From the IMG/VR virus record IMGVR_UViG_2695420876_000008: a DNA stretch of 21,109 nt; one strand, 5' to 3'. The notes beneath the pieces were generated by a model. That model searched no databases. It had not been told where the DNA came from and was given only the letters and a program-made list of their open reading frames with translations. This document shows positions 8,360-15,639 of this stretch, one piece after another (within the stretch, counting starts at the first letter, position 1; every line of letters starts with the position of its first letter). A program made the position numbers and the translations under genes. Source of the stretch: a virus (Duplodnaviria > Heunggongvirae > Uroviricota > Caudoviricetes).

Positions 8360-8543
8360 AGAAAACTCAATAAACAATCACCCATAAAAACATAACGGTC
8401 TCTGGTCGGGAATTTCCACAACCTGAAAATGGTGGTGATGCATGAAAAACAGAAGTGCTTATAAAACCGCATTATTAATGGCTAATGCAGGATACTGGTC
8501 AGTTGCAATACTGTTTCTCAGGAAAGCATACGGGAAATAACAA

Positions 8544-8903
8544 ATGACACATGAACCCATTAATACATATCGTCGCCGTATAGCTGTTGCGGCACTCCAT
8601 CGAATAAAACGTAAAACAGGTGGTAATCTGCTTATTGTTGACCTTCCTGATGGGAACATTACGACCATAGAAATAACTGAACAGTTTATAAACCAGTTGC
8701 TGTTACGCTTCGAAGGTATTACCCGTGGTGAATTGGGCCGGGTGGAGGGTGAAACCGAAATCCACACTGCATACCAGAATGCTATCGGGATTAATCAACA
8801 TACTGAATACCTGACTGAAACCGGAAAGTTAATTATAGACAACCTTTTTCAAGAGATTATTGATTACGCGAAAGAAAAATATATCAGCGGAGGAATTAAC
8901 TGA
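8544..8903 (+). CDS. Hypothetical protein (119 aa)
   Basis: ORF with weak SD; coupled to the next ORF. Confidence 0.5.
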   Translation: MTHEPINTYRRRIAVAALHRIKRKTGGNLLIVDLPDGNITTIEITEQFINQLLLRFEGITRGELGRVEGETEIHTAYQNAIGINQHTEYLTETGKLIIDNLFQEIIDYAKEKYISGGIN

Positions 8904-9118
8904 TGGCTAATTTATCCCCTGTATCTGTTGTGCACGAAAAAGTGCAGATCGTTATGACAATTGAAAATGGCCAAGTCACAGGTGTCTGCAAAGTCCGCGA
9001 TGGCGAGCTGATTGCCAGCATGGATACATTCATACGGCTGGCAGAAAGAGCGGGGTATCAGATAACAGCACCTGCTCAGGAGGAAACCGGTGGCATTAAC
9101 AGCAACACGCATTCCTGA
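8903..9118 (+). CDS. Hypothetical protein (71 aa)
   Basis: ATG 8903 overlaps the upstream stop (ATGA-type coupling); SD GGAGGA 9 nt upstream. Confidence 0.5.
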   Translation: MANLSPVSVVHEKVQIVMTIENGQVTGVCKVRDGELIASMDTFIRLAERAGYQITAPAQEETGGINSNTHS

Positions 9119-9304
9119 GCGGATCCACCGGCAGGCATTGCAGGTCCTGTTGTTGTACCGATGCCGACGGATATTTCCGCATCGGATACAGCGCACCGGA
9201 TATCTCAGTCTGAAGGTTAACCGTCGCTGGCGGCTGTTATCGAAAGACGACGGCCGGAACTGGGAAGTAATGAGTCATGAACGTTATTCGGGAGAAATAA
9301 AGAA

Positions 9305-9697
9305 ATGATCGACAACCGCACCGCCAGCACCATTGACCAGGCATTACAGAAACATGATACACCCGTCGGCCCGTTATTTTTTGTAACACGCCACGGAAGA
9401 ACAAAAAAATGCCTCACCCGAAAAACGGCAATTCGTTACCTAGCATTCTTTATGACCACCCGCGCTTTTGAACGTTCAGGATTCCGACAACGCTATCCTG
9501 ACAAGCGTTTTATCTTCAACAGGAATGAGATATGGAAACGTGGAGAATCAACCACAGAGTATACCCGCGCACACCAGCGAACAATCAGACGACTGCGCAG
9601 ACTCATCGCCAGGAAACAGTATACAGAAAAATGGTTCAGAAAATATGACACATGGAGCGCCGGATATTACGAACTGATGGCAACAAAACCATTCTGA
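9305..9697 (+). CDS. Hypothetical basic protein (130 aa, Arg/Lys-rich C-terminus)
   Basis: ORF MIDNRTASTIDQ...; SD GGGAGA about 11 nt upstream. Confidence 0.45.
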   Translation: MIDNRTASTIDQALQKHDTPVGPLFFVTRHGRTKKCLTRKTAIRYLAFFMTTRAFERSGFRQRYPDKRFIFNRNEIWKRGESTTEYTRAHQRTIRRLRRLIARKQYTEKWFRKYDTWSAGYYELMATKPF

Positions 9698-9757
9698 CGT
9701 AAACGAAATTAACCATGACGCAATTAAATAAGGCAAGCCGAATACATCAGGAGGACC

Positions 9758-9946
9758 ATGAACATTTATTTCAGAATAGTTATATCACTGGCAATTATCA
9801 CATGTATTTACGGATTAATCGTTCCGGCCCTCATATCAATGAAGGATACGGTAGCAGTGATTTCTGGCTTTGCTCTGGCGTGTCTGACCCCGCCCTGCAT
9901 TTATGCCATTTATAAGGGTCTTTCTTTTTCTAAGGATAAAAGATGA
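9758..9946 (+). CDS. Small membrane protein (62 aa, two predicted TM helices), first gene of the SPFH operon
   Basis: Strong SD AGGAGG 4-6 nt upstream; hydrophobic segments IVISLAIITCIYGLIVPALI and VISGFALACLTPPCIYAIY; stop overlaps the SPFH start (ATGA). Confidence 0.6.
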   Translation: MNIYFRIVISLAIITCIYGLIVPALISMKDTVAVISGFALACLTPPCIYAIYKGLSFSKDKR

Positions 9947-10770
9947 AAAAATTACTTTTTGCTTTAGCCCTTGTTCTGCCGACCATTGGCCTTGTCGGTT
10001 GCGATCGCGTTGAGCCTGGTAATGTGGGCATCAAAGTAAACAAACTGGGCGACGATAAAGGCGTCGGTGAAGTGGTCGGTGTTGGGCGCTACTGGACGGG
10101 ATGGAACACTGAGGTTTACATCTTCCCGACCTTTAAGCAGATGAAGACCTACGATGATCCATTCAGTTTCCAGATGAGTGACGGTACAACCATCGGCTAT
10201 CACATCGGCGTGGCCTACAAAGTTGATCCATCCAAAGTTACCACAGTCTTTCAGACCTACCGCAAAGGCGTGGACGACATTACCGACACCGACCTGCGCC
10301 AGAAGATAGCCGACGCACTCAACCGACTGGCCAGCAAAATGACCACCGACAAATTTATCGACGGCGGCAAGTCTGAGCTGCTGGATGCAGCTCTTAAAGA
10401 CATTCAGGAAGAAATGACGCCCATCGGTATTCAGGTAATGAGCCTCTCATATGTGGGTAAGCCGGAGTACCCACCTACTGTTATCGACAGCATTAATGCC
10501 AAAGTCACGGCGAACCAGAAAACCCTGCAACGCGAGCAGGAAGTAAAACAGCGCGAAGCGGAAGCCAACATGTTGCGCGCGGAAGCTGCCGGACAGGCAG
10601 ATGCGATTCGCACAAAAGCCCAGGCCGAAGCCGATGCTATTCGTTTACGCGGTGAAGCTCTGCGCCAGAACCCCGGTGTTATGGAGCTGGAAGCCATCAA
10701 CAAGTGGAACGGTACACTGCCGCAATACATGACCAGCGGTGCCAACACACCATTTATTCAGGTTAAGTAA
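9943..10770 (+). CDS. SPFH/band-7 (stomatin/prohibitin-like) lipoprotein
   Basis: Lipoprotein signal MKKLLFALALVLPTIGLVGC (lipobox LVGC); SPFH-like core followed by an Ala/Glu/Gln-rich coiled-coil tail (EQEVKQREAEANMLRAEAAGQADAIRTKAQAEADAIR); SD AAGGA. Confidence 0.85.
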   Translation: MKKLLFALALVLPTIGLVGCDRVEPGNVGIKVNKLGDDKGVGEVVGVGRYWTGWNTEVYIFPTFKQMKTYDDPFSFQMSDGTTIGYHIGVAYKVDPSKVTTVFQTYRKGVDDITDTDLRQKIADALNRLASKMTTDKFIDGGKSELLDAALKDIQEEMTPIGIQVMSLSYVGKPEYPPTVIDSINAKVTANQKTLQREQEVKQREAEANMLRAEAAGQADAIRTKAQAEADAIRLRGEALRQNPGVMELEAINKWNGTLPQYMTSGANTPFIQVK

Positions 10771-10813
10771 TACATATGCCCGGTATTACACGCCGGGCTG
10801 TCTGGAGATAAAA

Positions 10814-11563
10814 ATGAATATTGTAACCATCAACAACAAACAGTTTCCGGTAATCGAATATCGCGGTCAGCGTGTTGTGACATTTGCAATAATTGATGAC
10901 GTCCACCAGCGCCCGGAAGGTACCGCCCGTGCTGCGTTTAACCGCAACCGTTCTCACTTTATCGAAGGGGTGGATTTTCTTGAAATGACTGCGGACGTAA
11001 TACGTACGGAGTCACTTTCTGATGCCTTTGCCGCGCGAACTGCCAAAGGGATCATTCTTTTCGAGTCTGGTTACCTGATGTTGACGAAGCCTTTTAACGA
11101 TGCTCTTGCATGGCAGGTTCAGCGCGAACTGGTTAACAGCTATTTCCGAACTCACGCGCCGCTGACGGAAATGGAGATGATCGCTGCAATGGCCGCCGAT
11201 GCCGTTCGCCAGCAGAAGCGCCTGAGTCATGTTGAAGAGAAGATCGAAACGGTCACCAAAGCTGTGGAGAACATCAAACGCGGCACAATGCGCACCGGAT
11301 ATGTCGGTTACCGCCAGGTGGTAGCCAAAAGCGGAATGAGTGACGCCAAGTGTCGGAATCTGGTCAACGCCTACCACATCCCTACCGACACGCACGAATT
11401 TATGACTCCGGACGGTCTGTTGTCTCGCAGGGCTGTCGTCGAGCTTGAGACATTTATGGCGGCGTTCCACCAAATGATGTCAGAGGCTGAACCACGCGGC
11501 ACACGCTGGTATCACCCGAAGATGGGGCTTTTTCAGGTAATCGGATGGGAGGATAAAGCATGA
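10814..11563 (+). CDS. ORF6N-domain phage regulatory protein (antirepressor-like N-terminus)
   Basis: N-terminus FPVIEYRGQRVVTFAIIDDVHQRPEGTARAAFNRNRSHFIEGVDFLEMT fits the ORF6N pattern as recalled; ATG 10814 with SD TGGAGA. Confidence 0.7.
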   Translation: MNIVTINNKQFPVIEYRGQRVVTFAIIDDVHQRPEGTARAAFNRNRSHFIEGVDFLEMTADVIRTESLSDAFAARTAKGIILFESGYLMLTKPFNDALAWQVQRELVNSYFRTHAPLTEMEMIAAMAADAVRQQKRLSHVEEKIETVTKAVENIKRGTMRTGYVGYRQVVAKSGMSDAKCRNLVNAYHIPTDTHEFMTPDGLLSRRAVVELETFMAAFHQMMSEAEPRGTRWYHPKMGLFQVIGWEDKA

Positions 11564-12128
11564 TCATCCAGTCAAAACTTATTCGCGCCGCTCTGGTGTG
11601 CGCTGCTAAAAACGACGTTCGTTATTACCTGAACGGTCTTCACATCACGCCAAAACATATTGAGGCAACCAATGGTTTCGTAGCACTGCGCATGACTCAC
11701 GGCATCCGGACGAAGAAAAACATCATTGTCCAGTTCGAAGGTGGCGTCCCGGCCAAAGCCGAAACGACAGAGCTGATTTTTAGTAAAGAGCCGATCCTGT
11801 TCATCGCGACCAGTTTCAGCGCCGGCTGTCCATTACCGGCATTAAATTGGTGGACGGTTGTTTTCCGGATTTGGAACGCATCATTCCGAAAAAATTTGAC
11901 CTCTGTACACACCCGGTGATCCAGGCGGGTTACCTGAGTTATCCAGAGAAGATGTTTGGTCGTGAGCGTAAATTTATTCCCGTCCAGTTACGTTCCTCCG
12001 GTGACGGGCAAGCGGTCAGAATTCAGTTTGATTCCATCATCAACTCAATGTATGGCAATCCTGAATTTGTTGTGATGCCTTGTCGTGATCATGGCGATTT
12101 CAATGTGGCTCAGGAGCATCCGGAATGA
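11560..12128 (+). pseudogene. Sliding-clamp (DnaN domain II-III)-like mini-clamp gene, split by a -1 frame break around 11817-11835
   Basis: Frame A (11560-11919) contains DVRYYLNG and ATNGFVALRM; frame B (open from 11787 to 12128) contains IKLVDGCFPDLERIIPK and ends EFVVMPCRD. These align in order with E. coli DnaN segments DVRYYLNGM, ATDGHRLAV, KLVDGRFPDYRRVLPK and AAYVVMPMRL (from memory). Strong SD GGGAGG at the start. Confidence 0.6.
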
Positions 12129-12163
12129 AAATCGAATACCAGGACGCCGCAGGAGGTGAATCA

Positions 12164-12247
12164 ATGAGCTGGCCTGATGCAATCGTAACTCTGGGGGTGG
12201 TATTCGCAGTAGCGTTTGTTGTGTTCTCAATTTGTCGATGGGGATAA
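12164..12247 (+). CDS. Candidate small hydrophobic peptide (27 aa, single TM)
   Basis: ATG 12164 with SD AGGAGG 8 nt upstream; MSWPDAIVTLGVVFAVAFVVFSICRWG; below the ORF-track size cutoff. Confidence 0.3.
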   Translation: MSWPDAIVTLGVVFAVAFVVFSICRWG

Positions 12248-12251
12248 CCAC

Positions 12252-12494
12252 ATGTTCGCTTTGATTCAACGCGGTCAGATATACACGGACAGAGCCGGAT
12301 ACCCCGTGGTGATTACTCGCATCACTGAGCACTCAGTGTTCTTTCGACGGATGGACGGACGATCCGGGCGGGTACGCATTGGTGAGTTAAACTGCCTGTT
12401 CGAACATATTGACCACCAGGAGTACCGCAAAATTCTCGCGGACACTGAGCAGGAAAAGCACCTGAAAAAATTACGAGCCATAAAAAGGAAGTAA
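12252..12494 (+). CDS. Hypothetical protein (80 aa)
   Basis: ATG 12252 (MFALIQRGQIYTDRAGYPVV...) inside the longer track ORF; SD GGGGA upstream. Confidence 0.5.
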   Translation: MFALIQRGQIYTDRAGYPVVITRITEHSVFFRRMDGRSGRVRIGELNCLFEHIDHQEYRKILADTEQEKHLKKLRAIKRK

Positions 12495-12497
12495 AGA

Positions 12498-12644
12498 ATG
12501 AATAAAGCATTTGAACAATGGGTCCACCAGCGTTACGGCAATCGCTATGACCTGACGCGAGATGTTGACGGCTTCTACTGTCGTGAAGTTGTGAAGCGAA
12601 TGTTTGACGTGTGGTGCCACTGCCGTGGGCTGAGTGTTATGTGA
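12498..12644 (+). CDS. Hypothetical small Cys-rich protein (48 aa)
   Basis: ATG 12498 with SD AAGGAAG 8 nt upstream; MNKAFEQWVHQRYGNRYDLTRDVDGFYCREVVKRMFDVWCHCRGLSVM. Confidence 0.4.
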   Translation: MNKAFEQWVHQRYGNRYDLTRDVDGFYCREVVKRMFDVWCHCRGLSVM

Positions 12645-12652
12645 GGTGATGT

Positions 12653-12862
12653 ATGGGGCTGGATTGCGTGCCTATATCAACCTACTGCCGCGACGCGGGA
12701 GAAACGGTTGATGCCGTTAACAAACGGATACAAAGAGGAATATGGAAAGAAGGGGTTCATGTATTAAAAGTCGACGGAGTTAAAGAACGCTGGGTCGACT
12801 TAATAGAGGTTTCAAAATGGGCAAGAAAGAACAAGGATTATTATCTCTGCCAAGAGGAGTAA
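12653..12862 (+). CDS. Excisionase-like protein (Xis candidate)
   Basis: Small ORF immediately upstream of and overlapping the integrase start (classic xis-int arrangement); SD GAGGTGA upstream. Confidence 0.5.
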   Translation: MGLDCVPISTYCRDAGETVDAVNKRIQRGIWKEGVHVLKVDGVKERWVDLIEVSKWARKNKDYYLCQEE

Positions 12863-13942
12863 CTATTCGTAAGCATAAAACTGCTTCAACACTAGTTATC
12901 ACTTTCACATATAAAGGGGTTCTTTGCAGGGAGCCCCTGTCTCGGCTTGAGGCAAATACACGTGGTATTAAATATGCTGAGCGCCTGCTAGGGGAGATAC
13001 AAAATCAGATCGCCAGCGGAACGTTTGAATATGCGAAATATTTCCCCAGTTCCAAAAAACTGGAGTTATTCGGTGTAGTAAAGAAAACCAAAAATATTAA
13101 GTCCTATCTTGATGAATACCTGAAAATTTGCATGAACCGCAATCTGTCGCCGTCAACCATTGGCGGTTACGAAAAATGTCTATCAGCACTATCAGAACTA
13201 CATAAACTACATGTAACAGAATTGACGCCTGCGGTACTAAAAAATTGGATAGCCAGCCGAAAAACTAAGCTGAAAACAATCAGGAATAACCTGTCATTTC
13301 TGCGCAGCGCCATTGATGAGGCTGTAACTGATGGCCTGTTGACTATTAACCCGGTAACTCTTGTCAGCGCCAGCCGGTATCACGTGGTCGACAGGTGCCA
13401 TATATCAGCACTGCAAGTATCAGGAATGGCAGAATCTGTTCCGCTTCGCCTTCAATACAGGGCTACGCAGCTCTGAGCTATGCGCATTACGTTGGACCGA
13501 TATCGACTTTATAGGTAATACAGCGCACATACAGGCGGCCAGTGTCGTAGGGGTACTTAAAGGCACCAAGACAAAAGCCGGTACCCGTAAGGTGGAGCTG
13601 AACAGTGAGGCGCTGGCGGCCCTGCAGGCGCAGAAGCAATACACCTTTATGAAAAGTGAGTTCATATTCAGCGATCCGAAAACGGGAGATCCCTGGACGA
13701 ACGCCGACGCTATCCGTAAAAAAGCATGGGTGCCGACCCTGAAAAAAGCTGGTGTGCGCTACCGTAACCCGTACCAGACGCGCCACACATTCGCCACCAG
13801 ACACATTAGCCAGGGTGTAAACCTTTTCTGGCTTGCCGGGCAGATGGGGCATAAGGGGCCGGAAATGCTGTTCCGCAATTACGGTAAATACCTGGCTGAA
13901 TACGACGGGAAAACCGCAATGGAATCTGGAATGAAGAAGTGA
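12817..13942 (+). pseudogene. Lambda-family tyrosine integrase, split by a +1 frame break around 13365-13400
   Basis: ORF 12817-13476 has an arm-binding-type N-terminus (LPRGVTIRKHKTASTLVITFTYKGVLCREPL) and core-binding region; ORF 13361-13942 in the +1 frame has the catalytic domain (FAFNTGLRSSELCALRWTDIDF, YQTRHTFATRH, GHKGPEMLFRNYGKYL). Confidence 0.8.
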
Positions 13943-13955
13943 TTTGAAGAAAAAA

Positions 13956-13978
13956 CCCGGCAAATGCCGGGTCTTTTT
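13956..13978. terminator. Bidirectional intrinsic terminator between convergent int and the 255-aa gene
   Basis: A-run, CCCGGCA-aa-TGCCGGG hairpin, then TCTTTTT. Confidence 0.6.
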
Positions 13979-13983
13979 GATGG

Positions 13984-14751
13984 TTATTCTGTCGCGCCAC
14001 CTATCGAAACATAATCATGAAATTGATCGTCAATGAGTCGGTCCTTACAGATAACATGTACAATGTGACGACAACAGTTTTCATCATCATACGCACGACC
14101 CCAGCGAACAATCTCATCTACAGACAGATCATTCGCACTCCATGGCAAAGTACCTGAAACGCCACGCGCACCTGGACCAAGTATGTCCATAAATTTCTTC
14201 GTGCGTGAATTGTAGATCCGTACCTCGGCAATTCGAATGATGCTACTAGCCCAAAGAGCACCACCGGCAATACTTTGAATGTTATCGCAGATGAGAAACT
14301 CATGCTTTCGCGCAAGCATTTTATAGATCTCACGCGCCAAACCTGCTGATTGGAAATCCTGTGCGATAACAGCGCTTTTCACTTGCTTTCCGGTCATCAT
14401 CTGACCGTTCTCTTCGATAAAATTAAAGTCGTTGAACTGTATACGACCTATTCTTATCGTTTTGTTATCGTCTACCATATCAAGACCCAAGAGGGTATTG
14501 ACCAGATCCTGCATTGGAACCTTCGAATCAAGAAGGTCACTGCCATAGTCTAAAAAAAAGTCGTCGGTGGAACATCCCAGTTGATACACATCCAAGTAGT
14601 ACTGAAACTCACCAGAACTGACAATGTACTCATCAGCCCTCAGTAAGCCAGCCTCGGCAGTGAAAAAATAGAATGACTCAATAAGACGTTTTTCGCCAAA
14701 TGGCGTAATGTTCAAGTCCTTGTTATATGAAGGTATTAACGCAGGAGCCAT
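13984..14751 (-). CDS. Hypothetical protein (255 aa), second gene of the int-proximal cargo cassette
   Basis: ORF with ATG 14751, 11 nt after the stop of the upstream 113-aa gene; no family recognised. Confidence 0.6.
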   Translation of the reverse strand: MAPALIPSYNKDLNITPFGEKRLIESFYFFTAEAGLLRADEYIVSSGEFQYYLDVYQLGCSTDDFFLDYGSDLLDSKVPMQDLVNTLLGLDMVDDNKTIRIGRIQFNDFNFIEENGQMMTGKQVKSAVIAQDFQSAGLAREIYKMLARKHEFLICDNIQSIAGGALWASSIIRIAEVRIYNSRTKKFMDILGPGARGVSGTLPWSANDLSVDEIVRWGRAYDDENCCRHIVHVICKDRLIDDQFHDYVSIGGATE

Positions 14752-14762
14752 TCAGCAACCTT

Positions 14763-15104
14763 TTAATGGTAGTTAATTTCCCTGTAGTTCTTCTGCATGT
14801 ATAGAGCAATTGCCGCTTCAATTTTCTTCAGCAGATTACTGCTTACATACTGAGGATACTGATCTGCTGGCTTCACAACATAGCGCAATTTTTCTTTGTT
14901 CATGGCGATCTCAGCGAACGGGATCACGTCACCGTCACGAACCTCATTGTTCAATGTCACAATAAACAGCTGACGTGCCGGGGAGACACGATCACTCAGT
15001 CTTCTCACGAAGAACTCGTTTGCTGTGTTTGAGTCAACAAAAGAACTGACGAGTTGAGTCCGACGCTCAATCGTCTGTATCGATCTTCTCGCTACTGTTC
15101 TCAT
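14763..15104 (-). CDS. Hypothetical protein (113 aa), first gene of the int-proximal cargo cassette
   Basis: ATG 15104 with SD GAGGAG 8 nt upstream; no family recognised. Confidence 0.6.
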   Translation of the reverse strand: MRTVARRSIQTIERRTQLVSSFVDSNTANEFFVRRLSDRVSPARQLFIVTLNNEVRDGDVIPFAEIAMNKEKLRYVVKPADQYPQYVSSNLLKKIEAAIALYMQKNYREINYH

Positions 15105-15120
15105 GCTAGTCTCCTCAACA

Positions 15121-15244
15121 CTTCACTGGCTGTGCAGTGAAGGTACAAAAAGCCACTGATGATAACAGCGTCATCAGTGGCCCTTGATGGTGATAACCGC
15201 AGTTACCTAAATAGTATGATATTACCTTACGGGTAATTCTTCAA
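15121..15244 (-). promoter_or_regulatory. Structured leader of the cargo cassette: candidate promoter, terminator-like hairpin with U-tract, and a second hairpin abutting the SD
   Basis: Minus strand: -35 TTGAAG (plus 15239-15244), 17-nt spacer, -10 TATCAT (plus 15216-15221); 10-bp perfect stem CCACTGATGA/TCATCAGTGG (15153-15180) followed by CTTTTT; second stem CTTCACTG/CAGTGAAG (15121-15142) directly upstream of the SD. Confidence 0.4.
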
Positions 15245-15434
15245 CGATTGCTCTGAATTGAATAGTCTTGAAGTGCTATGAACAGCACAAAACAGCGCTA
15301 ATCACCGCCCCAGTGGCGCCTAAACACTTCAAAATGTTGGACAGAATCAGGACGTTAGAGGTACTACAATATGCACGTAAAATGCACGTGAGGTATTTTA
15401 AATTAGAAAAATCATTAATATTCAATTGGTTAAG

Positions 15435-15474
15435 AATTTTTCGGATACGGGTTCAACTCCCGCCAGCTCCACCA
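15435..15474 (+). other. ssrA (tmRNA) 3'-terminal fragment: T-arm plus acceptor 3' strand plus CCA; att-site duplicate, not an intact gene
   Basis: ...CGGATACGGGTTCAACTCCCGCCAGCTCCACCA matches my recollection of the E. coli tmRNA 3' end; no tmRNA 5' body (GGGGCTGATTCTGG...) is present upstream. Confidence 0.6.
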
Positions 15475-15508
15475 CTTTTTAGTTGTTTGAAGTTCAATGA
15501 AGTCTACT

Positions 15509-15542
15509 AAGCCCACACAGCACAAGCTCTGCGGGCTTTTTT
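15509..15542 (+). terminator. Candidate intrinsic terminator downstream of the ssrA fragment
   Basis: AAGCCC...GGGCTT imperfect long hairpin followed by T6. Confidence 0.4.
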
Positions 15543-15639
15543 ACGTCTATTGTCGTCCAGTGAGAATTGCTGAGAACTACGAGTTATGGCACCCTGAATG
15601 GGACCCACTAAGAAGGGTCCAAAAACCGAGGGTCCCAAA

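Noticed and set aside
8459-8767. Minus-strand 102-aa ORF opposite the 8544-8903 gene
   Set aside because: Antisense to a plus-strand ORF that is part of a coupled gene pair; no RBS; composition consistent with a shadow ORF.
9090-9308. Arg-rich 72-aa ORF that could be mistaken for an N-like antiterminator
   Set aside because: It starts at a GTG inside the preceding gene, has no RBS, and the region is better explained by stem-loop structure; no lambda N-like arginine-rich N-terminal motif was recognised.
9468-9677. Alternative 69-aa acidic ORF inside the 130-aa basic protein gene
   Set aside because: Internal overlapping frame without an RBS; the longer 9305-9697 ORF with an SD is preferred.
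11883-11889. Slippery heptamer A AAA AAT as a programmed -1 frameshift site in the clamp-like gene
   Set aside because: The switch in DnaN-like homology from frame A to frame B occurs upstream (around 11817-11835), so this heptamer cannot be the shift site; a simple indel is more likely.
15435-15474. Possible intact tRNA or tmRNA gene
   Set aside because: Only the T-arm, acceptor 3' strand and CCA are present; no complementary 5' acceptor strand or D/anticodon arms upstream, so it is an att-site remnant.
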